Shown: in pieces, positions 28,347 to 39,619 of the stretch
How the letters are laid out: every line of letters starts with the position of its first letter
Position numbering within the stretch: the first letter of the stretch is position 1
DNA from: an uncultured Bryobacteraceae bacterium
Lineage (GTDB): Bacteria > Acidobacteriota > Terriglobia > Bryobacterales > Bryobacteraceae
Assembly (NCBI GenBank): GCA_938003835.1
Contig: CALKXJ010000001.1
Coordinates: 159,513 to 223,512, forward strand
Direction of reading: 5' to 3'
DNA: 64,000 nucleotides
The notes under the pieces: generated by a model
Databases searched by the model: none
Seen by the model: only the letters and a program-made list of their open reading frames with translations
Told to the model about the DNA's origin: nothing
Program-made: the position numbers and the translations under genes

Positions 28347-29918
28347 ATGGCGACTTACGCCGCTGTGGACATCGGCAGCAACTCGGTTCGCCTGCTCATC
28401 TCCGAAGTGCTGCCGGGCGAGCCGCCGCGAACGCTGGTGGAGGAGCGCGAGGTGACGCGCCTCGGCGAAAGCGTCTTCCGCAGCGGCCTGATCAGCCCGG
28501 AAGCGATGGGGCTGGTTTGCGCCGTACTGGGGCGCATGGCCGGGCTGCTCAAACGTTTCGACCTCGCCGGCGTTCGGGCCGTGGCGACTGCCGCGGTCCG
28601 CGATGCGAGCAACCAGCAGGAGTTCCTGGATAACGCCTCGGCCGCGCTGGGGGTTCCGGTGGAAGTGATCTCGGGCCAGGAGGAGGCGCGCCTGATCCAC
28701 CTGGGCGTGCAGAGCGTCTGGCCGCATCCGGCGGGCCGCGTTCTGATGATCGACGTCGGCGGCGGCAGCGCCGAGCTGATTCTCTCGGAAAACGGCCGGC
28801 TCAGCGCCGCCTTTTCACGACAGATCGGGGCGCTGCGCCTCACCGAGCTGTTCCTCCGGCACGACCCGCCGCTCGAGGTCGAGCTGCACCGGCTGGACGA
28901 GTATGTCCACGAGAAGATCGCCGCGGCCGTGGAGCGCATCGGGCGGGGCCCCTGGCAGCGAGCCATCGCCACGTCGGCGACCGCAGCCGCCCTGGTGTCC
29001 GCCGTGCACCGCATCCCGCGCTCGCGACGCGAGGAGGCGGACCGCCTGCGGGCCTCGGCGGCACAGGTAGGCCGGTTCCTCCGCGAGGTCAGCTTGAAGG
29101 ATCTGCCCGCGCGCCGCAAGATCACCGGCATCGGACCGAGGCGCGCCGAGATCATCATCGCCGGCGCGGCCGTCTTCCGCCGCATCATCGAGGATTTCAA
29201 CCTGCCGGGCATCCATTATTCGGCGGCGGGCCTCCGCAACGGCATCATTGCGGATCTGCTGGAGCGCGGCGTGGGCAAGGAGCGGGCGCGCCTGTCGCGC
29301 GAACAGCGGCGCGTGGTCGAGGCCATGGCGCAGCGCTTCGGCGTCTCGGTTCCACACGCCCGCAAGGTGGCGCGGCTGGCCTCCACGCTGTTTGAATCCC
29401 TCGAACCCTTGCACCGCCTGCCGGCCGCCTATGGCAAGCTGCTCGAGGCCGCCGCCCACCTTCACGACGTCGGCCACTACATCAGTGACACCGGCCACCA
29501 CAAGCACTCCGCCTACATCGTCGCCAACTCGGACCTGCCGGGTTTTACCGCGCAGGAAAAGAAGCTGATCGCCCTGCTCTGCCGGTATCATCGAAAGAGT
29601 ATGCCCGCCCCGCGGCACGATTCCTTCCGGGAACTTTCCGCCGAGGAGCAACGGGTGGTGTTGCTGCTGGCGCCGCTGCTGCGGCTGGCCGACAGCCTCG
29701 ATCGCAGCCACCAGCAACTCATCGAGCGGATGGACTGCCAGGTGCGGAACGGCAACGTCATCGTCTACCTCAGTTCGTCGGCCGACACCGACCTGGAGAC
29801 CTGGGCGGGCGAGCGGGCCGCCGAAATCTTCGAGCAGATCTACGAGCGCCCATTGGCGCTGGTAAAGCTGCGGCCGAACGGTTCGGCGCCTGGAGGCAAA
29901 GGTGCTGGCGAGCGCTGA
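28347..29918 (+). CDS. ppx: Exopolyphosphatase / guanosine pentaphosphate phosphohydrolase (Ppx/GppA) with HD domain
   Basis: ATG at 28347 gives MATYAAVDIGSNSVRLLI. The later HLHDVGHYIS...HHKHSAYIV marks the HD region. The track's 702-aa form has a shadow N-terminus over the tmk-like gene. Confidence 0.88.
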   Translation: MATYAAVDIGSNSVRLLISEVLPGEPPRTLVEEREVTRLGESVFRSGLISPEAMGLVCAVLGRMAGLLKRFDLAGVRAVATAAVRDASNQQEFLDNASAALGVPVEVISGQEEARLIHLGVQSVWPHPAGRVLMIDVGGGSAELILSENGRLSAAFSRQIGALRLTELFLRHDPPLEVELHRLDEYVHEKIAAAVERIGRGPWQRAIATSATAAALVSAVHRIPRSRREEADRLRASAAQVGRFLREVSLKDLPARRKITGIGPRRAEIIIAGAAVFRRIIEDFNLPGIHYSAAGLRNGIIADLLERGVGKERARLSREQRRVVEAMAQRFGVSVPHARKVARLASTLFESLEPLHRLPAAYGKLLEAAAHLHDVGHYISDTGHHKHSAYIVANSDLPGFTAQEKKLIALLCRYHRKSMPAPRHDSFRELSAEEQRVVLLLAPLLRLADSLDRSHQQLIERMDCQVRNGNVIVYLSSSADTDLETWAGERAAEIFEQIYERPLALVKLRPNGSAPGGKGAGER

Positions 29919-30330
29919 CATCACCCGCTACGCCCGGCAGCAGATCACGGCCCGCCTTGGCCGGCTGGTCTTTGAAGTCCACCGCGCCTCGCGCGGCATG
30001 GATGTCGAGGCCATCCACGACCTGCGGGTCGCCATCCGGCGCTTCAGCCAGAGCCTGGCGGTCTTCGCCTCCCTGCTTCCCAAGCGGCCGGTCAAGAAAG
30101 TGCGGCGGCGCCTGAAGCGTATTCGCGACACCGCGGGCCGCGTACGCGATCTCGACATCGCCATGGCTCTCGTGGAGTCGCTCGAGGCGGACAAGGACGG
30201 GGCGCTGCGGGCGCATCTGGCCGAGGCGCGCAAACAGGCCGAACCGGCGCTGGCTGACGAGCTGCGGCGCTTCACCGACTCCAACCAGTCGGAGAAGTGG
30301 CGCGCGGCGTTGGGGCTGGACCAGCCATGA
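29902..30330 (+). CDS. CHAD-domain protein, first half-domain only
   Basis: IHDLRVAIRRFSQSL and RRLKRIRDTAGRVRDLDI motifs. GTG start overlaps the ppx end by 17 nt. Confidence 0.7.
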   Translation: MLASADITRYARQQITARLGRLVFEVHRASRGMDVEAIHDLRVAIRRFSQSLAVFASLLPKRPVKKVRRRLKRIRDTAGRVRDLDIAMALVESLEADKDGALRAHLAEARKQAEPALADELRRFTDSNQSEKWRAALGLDQP

Positions 30331-30848
30331 AGAAGCAGCCGGTCCCCCAGTGGGATTCCTCGATGACCGCGGCGGAGGCGGCGCGCCAGGTCTTGCCTGT
30401 GCTGGCCGCCGAGTACTTCGCCGCCGGCCGCAAGACGTTTCGCAAGAAAGCGGACCTGGAGACGCTCCACGCCTTCCGGATCCGCACGAAGCGCTTCCGC
30501 TACACGCTCGAGCTGTTCCAGCCGATCTACGGCCCCGGCCTGAGCTCCCGCCTCGAGCAACTGCGCAAGGTGCAGCAGTATCTGGGCGACATCAACGATT
30601 GCGTCATCACGGAGAGGCTGGTGCGAAGCGCCGCCGGCGACGGCGCCCCTGCGGAGCTGCTCGAAGCGCTCGCGGCGCGCGCCCGGCAACGCAGACGCAA
30701 GCTGATCGAGTTCTGGCGGGAGACCTTCGACGCTCCGGGCGCCGAGCGAAGCTGGGTGAGCTATCTCCGGTCCTGGGCGGGGCGTGCGGCGCGACCGCCG
30801 GCGAGTTCTCGGCAAGCCCACCCGGCCGCGGCGACTGCCCAGGAGTGA
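30327..30848 (+). CDS. CHAD-domain protein, second half-domain only
   Basis: ATG at 30327 forms ATGA with the upstream stop. Motifs LHAFRIRTKRFRYTLELF and LRKVQQYLGDINDCVI. Confidence 0.7.
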   Translation: MKKQPVPQWDSSMTAAEAARQVLPVLAAEYFAAGRKTFRKKADLETLHAFRIRTKRFRYTLELFQPIYGPGLSSRLEQLRKVQQYLGDINDCVITERLVRSAAGDGAPAELLEALAARARQRRRKLIEFWRETFDAPGAERSWVSYLRSWAGRAARPPASSRQAHPAAATAQE

Positions 30849-30869
30849 TAAAATAACAGTTGGCGATCC

Positions 30870-30943
30870 TGGGGGGTCGTCTAATGGTAAGACTGCAGAC
30901 TCTGGATCTGCCTATCGGGGTTCGAATCCCTGCCCCCCAGCCA
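30870..30943 (+). tRNA. tRNA-Gln (anticodon CTG), CCA encoded
   Basis: Folded by hand. Acceptor stem TGGGGGG/CCCCCCA, D arm GTCT-AATGGTA-AGAC, anticodon arm GCAGA-CTCTGGA-TCTGC, T arm CGGGG-TTCGAAT-CCCTG, discriminator G, then CCA. Confidence 0.92.
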
Positions 30944-30994
30944 CTCCCCTTCGAGCTCGCCTAGGAATCCGCCGGCCCTGCGGCAACAGAGGCA

Positions 30995-31948
30995 TCAGTT
31001 GCTCTTCGGTTGCTGGCGGGGACGGCCGCCGAGCCCCTCGAACAGCTTCTCGAACTCCGCTTCCGGCACGGTGAGGGAAACGCGGACCCGGTTGCCCTCG
31101 GCGGCGATCTCCATGCGTCGGGCGAAATCGACGAATCTCTGGGCACGCTCGGTATTGGCCTGCAACTGGATGAAACTTGCCAGGAAACGAAACACGTCGG
31201 CCAGCGCCGCGGCGTCCTTATCGGTCTTGAGGAGAGTTTCGCCGGCGAGGGTGACCTGGGCGCCGAACTTCACGCCGCCGCTCATCTGCTCGATCGCCCG
31301 CATGAGGTCGCCCTTGACCGCCGCGCCGCCGCTCTCCGGCGGAAGCCGATCCGCGAGCGCGGCCGGCCAGGCGGCAGTCGCCATCCAGACGTCATAGCGC
31401 GAGCTCGCCTCAGCCGCCGGGGCGGCCAGCTCGGCGGGCAGCTTTCCGCCGTCGAGCCAGCGGTCGATGGCGGCCCGCACCAGATCGCCCTCGCCGGCCA
31501 CTGCGAGCGAACCGTTGAGGAAGGCCACGCCGGCCGACCGGGGTCCCTTACCGGAGACGAGCGTTACGCCACGGTATTGGACCGGGGCGGCGCTCTCCCG
31601 CGGCAGCGCAGCCAGGATCTTGGGAATGTCGAAGCGGCCCCGCACGCACACCAAGCCCTGCTTCCCGTCGCCGCGGCCGGCGCCGACAATCTCGCTGATG
31701 TCGCGCCGCGGATCGAAGCCGGTCAGGGCGATGAACTGCTGGAGATCGCCGTCCTCCTTTTCGAGGCGCGCCAGAACATACTGGCCGAAAGGCGTGTAAC
31801 GGCTTTGATCGACCTGGACGCCGAAGATCACCTGGGCGTCCGGGGGAAGCAGGTTCAACAGCGCCGTGTCCGCGGCCGCGGCGGAGTAGGCTGCCGCCAG
31901 CCACAGGACCAAACCCGGAAGCGATCTGAGCTTTGCCATCTTGCTCAC
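30995..31948 (-). CDS. Secreted hypothetical protein
   Basis: 317 aa with signal peptide LPGLVLWLAAAYSAAAA. No recognised domain. Confidence 0.65.
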   Translation of the reverse strand: MSKMAKLRSLPGLVLWLAAAYSAAAADTALLNLLPPDAQVIFGVQVDQSRYTPFGQYVLARLEKEDGDLQQFIALTGFDPRRDISEIVGAGRGDGKQGLVCVRGRFDIPKILAALPRESAAPVQYRGVTLVSGKGPRSAGVAFLNGSLAVAGEGDLVRAAIDRWLDGGKLPAELAAPAAEASSRYDVWMATAAWPAALADRLPPESGGAAVKGDLMRAIEQMSGGVKFGAQVTLAGETLLKTDKDAAALADVFRFLASFIQLQANTERAQRFVDFARRMEIAAEGNRVRVSLTVPEAEFEKLFEGLGGRPRQQPKSN

Positions 31949-31987
31949 CTGCCTTCTATACGCGCAAACTCCAAGGCGGGGTTCCGC

Positions 31988-33127
31988 CTATTTCACCGGC
32001 GCCTGCTCGACGATCTCGATGCCGAAGGCTTCGAGCGCGACGATCTTGCGCGGGTGGTTCGTCAGCAGCCGGACCTTGCGCAGGCCGAGATCGGAAAGGA
32101 TCTGGGCGCCGATGCCACTCTCGAATTGCAGCAGGCGCTGGCCGTCTGGTGTCGTGTAGTGCATGAAGCGGCGGCCGTGCGAAACCAGCTCCGGCAGCAG
32201 CTCGCCCTCGCCGCCACGCCGCAGCATCTGGACTCCCGGCCCGCTCTGATGCAGGTAGACCAGCACGCCGGCGCCCTCCCCGGCAATTCGGCGCAGGGAA
32301 GCTTCGAGGATCCGGCCGCACTCGCAATCGACGGAGCCGAAGACGTCGCCGTAGACGCAGCGCGTGTGCATGCGCACGCTCACCACCTCGCGGCTGCCGA
32401 TGTCGCCCATCACCAGCGCCATGTGCATTTCGTTGTCGATGCTGGTGGTGTAGGCGATGGTGCGGAACTCGCCATAGGGCGTCCGCAGCCGGCCTTCCGC
32501 CTTGCGCTGCACGAAGCGCTCGTGTTCGAGCCGGTAGCGGATGAGGTCGGCCACCGAGATGAGCTTCAGCCCGTGGCGGGCGCAGAACTCCTCGAGCTCC
32601 GGCACGCGCGCCATCGTGCCGTCGTCGTTCATGATTTCGCAGATCACTCCGCCGGGCGCCAGGCCTGCCAGCCGCGCCAGATCGACCGCCGCCTCGGTCT
32701 GCCCGGCCCGCACCAGCACGCCGCCGGCTCTGGCCCGCAACGGGAAAACGTGGCCGGGGCGCGCCAGATCCTGCGGGCGGGTCGCCGGGTCCATGGCGAC
32801 GCGGATCGTCCGGGCCCGGTCCGCCGCCGAGATGCCCGTGGTGATTCCCTCGCGGGCGTCGATCGCCTCGCAGAAGGCCGTCCCGAAACGCGATGTGTTG
32901 GTCGGCGACATCAGGGGAAGCTGAAGCTCGTCGCAGCGCTCCTCGCTGAGCGCCAGGCAGATCAGGCCCCGCCCGTACTTGGCCATGAAATTGATCGCCT
33001 CGGGGGTGACCTTCTCCGCCGCCAGCGTCAGATCCCCTTCGTTTTCGCGGTCCTCGTCGTCGACGACGACGACCATCTTGCCCGCGCGAATGTCCTCGAG
33101 GGCTTCGGGGATGGAGGCGAAGGGCAT
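31988..33127 (-). CDS. ribBA: Bifunctional 3,4-dihydroxy-2-butanone-4-phosphate synthase / GTP cyclohydrolase II
   Basis: [19 protein letters not shown] (RibB) and [20 protein letters not shown] (RibA-like). Confidence 0.9.
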   Translation of the reverse strand: MPFASIPEALEDIRAGKMVVVVDDEDRENEGDLTLAAEKVTPEAINFMAKYGRGLICLALSEERCDELQLPLMSPTNTSRFGTAFCEAIDAREGITTGISAADRARTIRVAMDPATRPQDLARPGHVFPLRARAGGVLVRAGQTEAAVDLARLAGLAPGGVICEIMNDDGTMARVPELEEFCARHGLKLISVADLIRYRLEHERFVQRKAEGRLRTPYGEFRTIAYTTSIDNEMHMALVMGDIGSREVVSVRMHTRCVYGDVFGSVDCECGRILEASLRRIAGEGAGVLVYLHQSGPGVQMLRRGGEGELLPELVSHGRRFMHYTTPDGQRLLQFESGIGAQILSDLGLRKVRLLTNHPRKIVALEAFGIEIVEQAPVK

Positions 33128-33184
33128 CGGCGATACGCTTCTTATGGTAGCGCCGCGCGCAGGCCGGCCACGGCGTCGGAGGTC

Positions 33185-33571
33185 TCAGCGCGATTTTCGC
33201 TCCGAGAGCCCGCTCAGCATCTCGTGAAACTTCTTCTTCTGACGCTCGTCGAGGACGTTGAGGATGCGACGTTTCCCGTCGGCCCGCACTTCATCCATCT
33301 GCACCTGAAGCGAGTGCATGTATTTGACGAAGTCGTCCAGAATCAGGGCAATCTCTTCCGACTGCTGCTCGGTTAGATCCAGCTCCCTCTGGAGCCGTTG
33401 CAGGGAGATCTCCTTACCCGCTTCGCTCCAGTAAGGGGCTTGCGGCGCAGGCGAGTTGTGAAATCCGTAGCGGAAGGCGAGCGCCCCGGCCATCGAACCG
33501 CATAAGAAAACGAGAAGAAGAATCAACCAGATTCGCGGGTTGCGCCAGTTGGGACGCGGAGGCGCCGCCAT
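33185..33571 (-). CDS. Membrane-anchored periplasmic Spy/CpxP-family (heavy-metal-sensor-like) protein
   Basis: TM anchor [18 protein letters not shown] and an LTxxQ-type motif [11 protein letters not shown]. Confidence 0.65.
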   Translation of the reverse strand: MAAPPRPNWRNPRIWLILLLVFLCGSMAGALAFRYGFHNSPAPQAPYWSEAGKEISLQRLQRELDLTEQQSEEIALILDDFVKYMHSLQVQMDEVRADGKRRILNVLDERQKKKFHEMLSGLSERKSR

Positions 33572-33581
33572 AAATCCCCGA

Positions 33582-34049
33582 TCAGTGCTCGTAGGTGGCC
33601 AGGTTCACCAGGACCACGTCACGGTCCTGGATCGGGTCGGCGCCGAGCGGCGGCCCGATGGGATCTTCGGCGATGAAGATCTCCGGCGCCGTCGGCGGAA
33701 TCACCGGCTCGGTCTCGAGCGAAACCGCGAGCGCGCTCAGCAGGACCAGGAGCGCCAGCGAGGCCAGAGCCAGCCGCTTGGCCAGAACGGGCTCGAGCAG
33801 CAGGCTCCAGATCGAGTTCGACCGCTGGGCCTCGATCCGCTCCCAGACCCGGGCGTAAAAGCCCGGCTCCGGTTCGAAGACGCCGCCGGGCCGCAGCAGG
33901 CGCAGGAACGCCGCCTGCCGCCGCATCGCGGCGACCTCGCGGGCGCACTCGCGACAGGTGGCCAAGTGTGACTCGATCGCCCGGACGCCTTCGGCGCCCT
34001 CCGTCCCGCCCAGATACTGCTCAAGGCGTTCCCTGATGGGCTGATGCAT
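33582..34049 (-). CDS. Anti-sigma factor (zf-HC2 type) with one TM segment
   Basis: ATG at 34049 follows GAGGGA. HLATCRECAREV motif and TM segment LALASLALLVLLSALAV. Confidence 0.75.
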   Translation of the reverse strand: MHQPIRERLEQYLGGTEGAEGVRAIESHLATCRECAREVAAMRRQAAFLRLLRPGGVFEPEPGFYARVWERIEAQRSNSIWSLLLEPVLAKRLALASLALLVLLSALAVSLETEPVIPPTAPEIFIAEDPIGPPLGADPIQDRDVVLVNLATYEH

Positions 34050-34137
34050 CGTCTCTTCCCTCAAAACAAGCCGCCATGTCCTCGCGCGGGTCTGGTGCCC
34101 GCTTGCCAAAACTCTCGCCCCAGCGCCCCCGAGCTCT

Positions 34138-34806
34138 TCACAGCGCTGGTTCCATCCCGCTACGGCGCAACAGCCGGTTGGCCGCGCGCAGCAGCTTTTG
34201 CCTGGCCCGGAACAGCTTCACTTTTATTGTATTCTGGTTGAGCCCGGTCATCTCGGCCAGCTCCTCCACCGAATGCCCCTCGACCTCCTTGAGCAGGATC
34301 AGCGTCCGCTCCTCCTCGCTGATCCGCTCGAGCAGCTTCATCACCAGGTCGCGTTGCGCCAGCACCGTGTCGACAGCCCGAACCTGCTCGACCGGCTGCT
34401 CGGTGTTCATCATCCGCAGCGCGTCCTCCTCGGTGAAGTCGCTCTCGTAGACCAGCTTGCGGACGCGCTTCTTGCGCAGGTAGTCGTAGCACTCGTTGAC
34501 GGTGATCTTGTAAATCCACGTCAGCAGGCTGCTGCGAAAGTCGAAGCTGCCGATCGAGAAATAGATCTTGGCGAAGACCTGCTGGGCGATGTCCTCGGCG
34601 TCGTTGCGGTTCCTGAGGATTCCGTAAATAATGGAAAAGACTTTGGATTGATACCGCTCGACGATCTCGCGGAAGGCCGTTTCGTCGCCCGCCTGCACTC
34701 TCCGGACGAGGGCCGCTTCTTCGGAGCCGTTCGCGTTCACTCTGCCATCGATCCGAGTCTGCTCACCGGCTGCCGGAAACGGAAGCGCCGCCGTCACGCT
34801 GCTCAT
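34138..34806 (-). CDS. ECF-type RNA polymerase sigma-70 factor
   Basis: ATG at 34806. Region 2 DAEDIAQQVFAKIY and region 4 SVEELAEMTGLNQNTIKVKLFRARQKL. The 409-aa track ORF runs antisense over the IscA-like gene. Confidence 0.88.
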   Translation of the reverse strand: MSSVTAALPFPAAGEQTRIDGRVNANGSEEAALVRRVQAGDETAFREIVERYQSKVFSIIYGILRNRNDAEDIAQQVFAKIYFSIGSFDFRSSLLTWIYKITVNECYDYLRKKRVRKLVYESDFTEEDALRMMNTEQPVEQVRAVDTVLAQRDLVMKLLERISEEERTLILLKEVEGHSVEELAEMTGLNQNTIKVKLFRARQKLLRAANRLLRRSGMEPAL

Positions 34807-35007
34807 ACAACTCGTGCGACGTAACCCAGATCCTGCTGGTTTCAGGCAGCTTTGCCGGCATGAGGGCCGGGTCGGATCCTGCATCAACATAGCAGATTCC
34901 TGCGACCTTCCGCCGGGACCCCGCATCTGGAGAGGGAGAGTGCGGAACGCGCAAATTTGTACAATGAAAGCGGAGAGCGCAGTTCCCGCGAGGAGGTGGA
35001 GGAACCA

Positions 35008-35331
35008 ATGCTTCGGATGACGCCCAAGGCCGTGGAAAAGGTCAAGGAGATCCTCGAGATGCAGGATCCCAAGCCTGCCGGGCTTCGGATCGCCGTGGTC
35101 GGAGGGGGCTGCTCGGGGTTTCAGTATTCCATGGCCTTCGAGAACAATCCGCAGCTTCTGGACAAGACCTACAACTACGATGGCCTGAAGGTCTTCATCG
35201 ACCAGGCCAGCATGTTGTACCTGGACGGCGCCGAGGTCGACTACGTCGAGACGCTCGAAGGCTCCGGTTTCAAGTTCACCAACCCGAACGTTCGGACCAC
35301 CTGCGGCTGCGGCCAGTCTTTCGGCGCCTGA
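35008..35331 (+). CDS. HesB/IscA-family Fe-S cluster insertion protein
   Basis: GGGCSGFQY and C-terminal CGCGQSF. ATG at 35008 follows GGAGGTGGAGG. Confidence 0.9.
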   Translation: MLRMTPKAVEKVKEILEMQDPKPAGLRIAVVGGGCSGFQYSMAFENNPQLLDKTYNYDGLKVFIDQASMLYLDGAEVDYVETLEGSGFKFTNPNVRTTCGCGQSFGA

Positions 35332-35405
35332 CGGTCCACGGCGCGCCGGCATCCCCCGGCTGGACATCTCCTGCGGAAGTGCGGTAGAACGGTCCGAGGG
35401 GTGCT

Positions 35406-36374
35406 ATGCGTCAACGACGACGAGAGTTCCTGCACGCGGCGGCTGCCGCCGGCCTCTCGATGGCCTGTGACCCGGAGGCCGAGGCGCTCGCGGCCCAGGC
35501 GCCATTTTCCGTTTCCGGCAGACTGGTCACGCCCGGGACCAACGCCGACATGCCCACCCTGAAGCTGGGCAAGTTCACCGTATCGCGCCTGATCATCGGC
35601 GCCAACCCGTTTCACGGCTATTCCCACTTCAATCGGATCTTGAGCAACCACATGACCGAGTGGGCAGATCGCGACCGGGTCTGCGAGATCCTCGCCCGTT
35701 GCGAGCGCCTGGGCATCAACACCTGGCAGTTCTCCCATCACGAGCGAGGCATGGGGGATCTCGAACGCTACCGCGAGCGCGGCGGCACGATCCAGTGGAT
35801 TCTCTTGAGCCACCGCGAGCTCGAGGAGGATCCTGCGCTCGTGCGGCAGATGGCCAAACTCGGCCCTATCGGCATCGTCCATCATGGCGGGTCGGCCGAA
35901 CGCAAACGGCGGGCCGGCCGCACGGGTGAGATCCGGGACTTTCTCAAGCGTGTCCGCGACGCCGGGGTGATGGCGGGCCTGTCCACGCACGACCCGGCGT
36001 TCCTCGAGCAGGCCGAGGAGGAAAACTGGGAGGCCGATTTCTACATGACCTCCCTCTACTACCTGACGCGCACGCCCGAGGAGTTCCGAAAGATCCTGGG
36101 AACCCGACCGATCGGCGAGATCTACCTGCCGGAGGATCCGCCGCGGATGTGCCACGCGATCCGCAACACGAAGAAGACCTGCCTCGCCTACAAGGTGCTC
36201 GCCGCGGGCCGCCTCATCGATTCGCCCAAACTAATCGACGAGGCCTTCGAGTTCACCCTACGCAACATCAAGCCCAACGACGGCATGATCGTGGGCATGT
36301 ATCCGCGCTTCTCCGATCAGATTGCCGACAACGTCGAACGCATCAAGCGGATTTCGGCTGCACTCAAGAGCTGA
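35406..36374 (+). CDS. Tat-exported hypothetical protein
   Basis: Twin-arginine leader MRQRRREFLHAAAAAGLSMA. 322 aa with no recognised catalytic motif. Confidence 0.65.
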   Translation: MRQRRREFLHAAAAAGLSMACDPEAEALAAQAPFSVSGRLVTPGTNADMPTLKLGKFTVSRLIIGANPFHGYSHFNRILSNHMTEWADRDRVCEILARCERLGINTWQFSHHERGMGDLERYRERGGTIQWILLSHRELEEDPALVRQMAKLGPIGIVHHGGSAERKRRAGRTGEIRDFLKRVRDAGVMAGLSTHDPAFLEQAEEENWEADFYMTSLYYLTRTPEEFRKILGTRPIGEIYLPEDPPRMCHAIRNTKKTCLAYKVLAAGRLIDSPKLIDEAFEFTLRNIKPNDGMIVGMYPRFSDQIADNVERIKRISAALKS

Positions 36375-36421
36375 TCGAAGCGCCGGATCCCTGCCCGGCT
36401 CGCGCCTCCCCGGCTGCGGCG

Positions 36422-37754
36422 CTATTCGCCATCTCTGGGTTTGCGGCCGCCGTCGAACGAGTTTGGCAGAGGCGTGTCCGAGGGCCAGTAGCCGCCCGGC
36501 GCCTCGCGCCAGCTCTTGCCGCAGAGTCGCGAAATTACGCTCCATTCGGCGGCGCCGAGGTCCGGATCCGGATGGAAGAGGAAGCGCTTGAGGCCTGCGC
36601 GGGCGCTGGCGGTCAGGATCCGGTACAGATCTCGCGCCGGCATCGGATCGCCGGCATGGGGCTTCCGTCCGGTCGAGACCCAGGCAATCACCTTGTTGTC
36701 GTCACCGATGGCCTCGAGCACCCGCCGGGTCTCCTGGTAAACGATCTTGTCGAAGAACTCGTCCGGGAAGCCGAGCTCCATGTCGGCCAGCGAGTTGACG
36801 CCGGGCAGCTCGATGCCGAACCAGGCCTTGACCACGGCAAAGCAGTCCTGCTCGCTCAACGTAGGGTTCCACTCCGCGATCTTCTGGACCCACCGGGCGA
36901 CGGTGCCGTACATGCCGTCAAAGCCACGGTGCCAGAAGCAGTGCTTCGGAAACACCTAGTCGAAGTAAGGATGCATCCGGTAGTAGTCCTGCGTGGTCAG
37001 CGCCGAGAAGGCGGCGGTGCGCGGAATGGTGGCGAGCTTGATCTTGCGGTTGAGCCCGTCGATCTGGCGCCGCACCGCGGCAAAGTAGCCCACGGAGTAC
37101 TCCTGGCGCGACCGAAGCCACGAGGGCGCGTCCTCGTTGAGATCGAACCGTGCCAGCGCCGCCACCAGGCCCCCGGGTGCGTGATACCGGACCAGGCCCA
37201 GGCCGAGCGCCGCATAGCGGGCGCGCTGCCAGGCGCGCAGCTCGAACAGTTCGCCGCCGTGATGAAAGGCCAGCTCGTAGTGGTGTTCTCCGGCGCCGTC
37301 GATGATCACGCCGTGCGCCTGCGGATAGGCGTTTATGGCGTCCTGGACCGCAGCCGCGTAGCCGATGGCGCCGAAGGGGTCCTCCTCGAGCGGGCGCGCG
37401 CCGCCGCCGGGCGGTGGGCCGAACAGCAGAATCTCCCAACCCCGCCGGGCGGCATCGTCCAGCAGGGCCCGGAGCCGGCTTTCTTTCTCCGGGTCCCACG
37501 GGGAGGGAGGGGGAGGATCGACGCCGTAAGCACGATAGACCCGCTCGTCTGCGGGGAAGGTGCGGATCGTCGAGCCATCGGGCTGGGTGAAGCGGAGGTA
37601 GCCGACGTCGCCTGGAGGAACCGGCGTCGCGGGAGGGATCCTGCCTTCGTCGCTGGCGTTTCCATCATCGGTGTTCTCCGGAAGGCAATTGTACGCTCGT
37701 TTCCGGCCCGCGTCCCGGGGGCGTCGCCGTTCCGGTATTGCATAATGAAATTTC

Positions 37755-37777
<23 letters not shown>
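36422..37777 (-). pseudogene. Disrupted gene of unknown function (in-frame TAG, no usable start)
   Basis: Track ORFs 36422-36955 and 36956-37309 are in the same frame, split only by a TAG at 36956-36958 (...YYRMHPYFD*VFPKHCFWHRGF...). The frame stays open and protein-like up to 37777 but has no ATG/GTG/TTG for about 156 codons. Confidence 0.55.
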
Positions 37778-38461
<684 letters not shown>

Positions 38462-38465
<4 letters not shown>

Positions 38466-39619
38466 AAATCTGCTATTTCGACGCCTTTTCCGGTATCAGC
38501 GGCGACATGACCGTGGGAGCGCTCCTGGACGCCGGCGCCGACGCCGAGGCATTTCTTGCTTCGCTGCGGTCGCTTGCGACCGGCGCCGCCTATGAGATCG
38601 AGCGCACCCGGCGCCGTGGCATCGCCGCGACGAAGTTCCGCGTCAAGCCGCCCGAAGGCGAGCGCCACCGCCACCTCTCTCACATCCTGCGGCTGATCGA
38701 CTCCGCCGGCTTGCCCGCGCGGGCTGCGAAGAACGCCAAGGCGATCTTCGAGCGGCTGGGAGCGGTGGAGGCCGCCGTCCACGGCGTCCCGGTGGAGAAG
38801 GTTCACTTTCACGAGGTGGGGGCGGCCGACTCCATCGCCGACATCGCCGGCGCCTGCATCGCCCTGGAGTTGCTCGGCGTCGAGGAGGTTTACTGTTCGG
38901 CGATCAACGTGGGAGGCGGGACGGTGGCCACCGAGCACGGCGTTCTGCCGGTACCGGCGCCCGCCACCGCCCGCCTGCTCGAAGGCAAGCCGGTCTACTC
39001 GAGCGGGCCGCAGAAGGAGCTGACGACGCCGACCGGCGCTGCGATCGTGGCCACGCTGGCGCGCCGGTTCGGCCCCTTGCCGCCGATGCGGCTCATCGCC
39101 TCCGGCTACGGGGCCGGCGACGCCGACTTTCCCGAACAGGCCAACGTCCTTCGCGTGCTCATCGGCGAGACAACCGGAGCCGAGGAGGCGGTCACCGTGG
39201 CGATTCTCGAGGCCAACATCGACGACTCGACGCCGGAGGTGCTGGGCTATGCCATGGAACGGTTGCTCGAGGCCGGCGCCCTCGACGTGAGCCTCTCACC
39301 GCTCGTGATGAAGAAGAACCGGCCGGGAACGCTGCTGCGGGTCATTGCCCGGCCGGAGGACCGCGAGGCGCTGGCCGAGCTGATTCTGCGTGAAACCTCG
39401 ACCTTCGGCGTGCGCTTCCTGGCCGCCGAGCGCCGCGTCGCCACACGGAGCACCGTCGAGGTCGAGACCTCGGCCGGCAAGGTTCGCGTCAAGGTCAGCG
39501 ACCGTGGCCAGTTCGCCCCCGAGTACGAGGACTGCCGGCGGCTGGCGCTCGCCACCGGCACGCCGCTCCGCGAGATTCTCGCCGAGGCCGCCTGCGCGTA
39601 TCTGAAGGACAGCCGATGA
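38462..39619 (+). CDS. larC: LarC-family (DUF111) nickel insertion protein
   Basis: MKICYFDAFSGISGDMTVGALLDAGAD and HFHEVGAADSIADI. ATGA overlap with cobB. Confidence 0.85.

Noticed and set aside
27810-29918. N-terminally extended versions of real genes in the ORF track. Examples: ppx as 702 aa, GH2 from 49555, sigma factor from 35367, hoxF from 23750, larC from 38183, hoxY from 21334, SufC-like from 11736.
   Set aside because: The extensions overlap neighbouring genes and are Arg-rich. Internal starts with Shine-Dalgarno sequences or ATGA/GTGA coupling match the expected family N-termini.
30870-30994. Considered tRNA-Gln as an integration hotspot for a genomic island.
   Set aside because: There is no integrase, no direct repeat of the tRNA 3' end, and no compositional shift in the flanking genes.
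31010-33376. Very long ORFs with Arg/Gly/Ala/Pro-rich translations. Examples: 31010-33376 + (788 aa), 39247-41310 - (687 aa), 50785-52689 - (634 aa), 41370-42857 -, 19317-20669 +, 3741-4988 +, 57648-58946 +, 45-752 +.
   Set aside because: Each lies antisense to, or out of frame with, a gene that has clear family motifs (ribBA, metG, GH2, tatD/ispB-like, hoxH, ppiD-like, waaA-lpxK). Their composition is typical of high-GC shadow frames.
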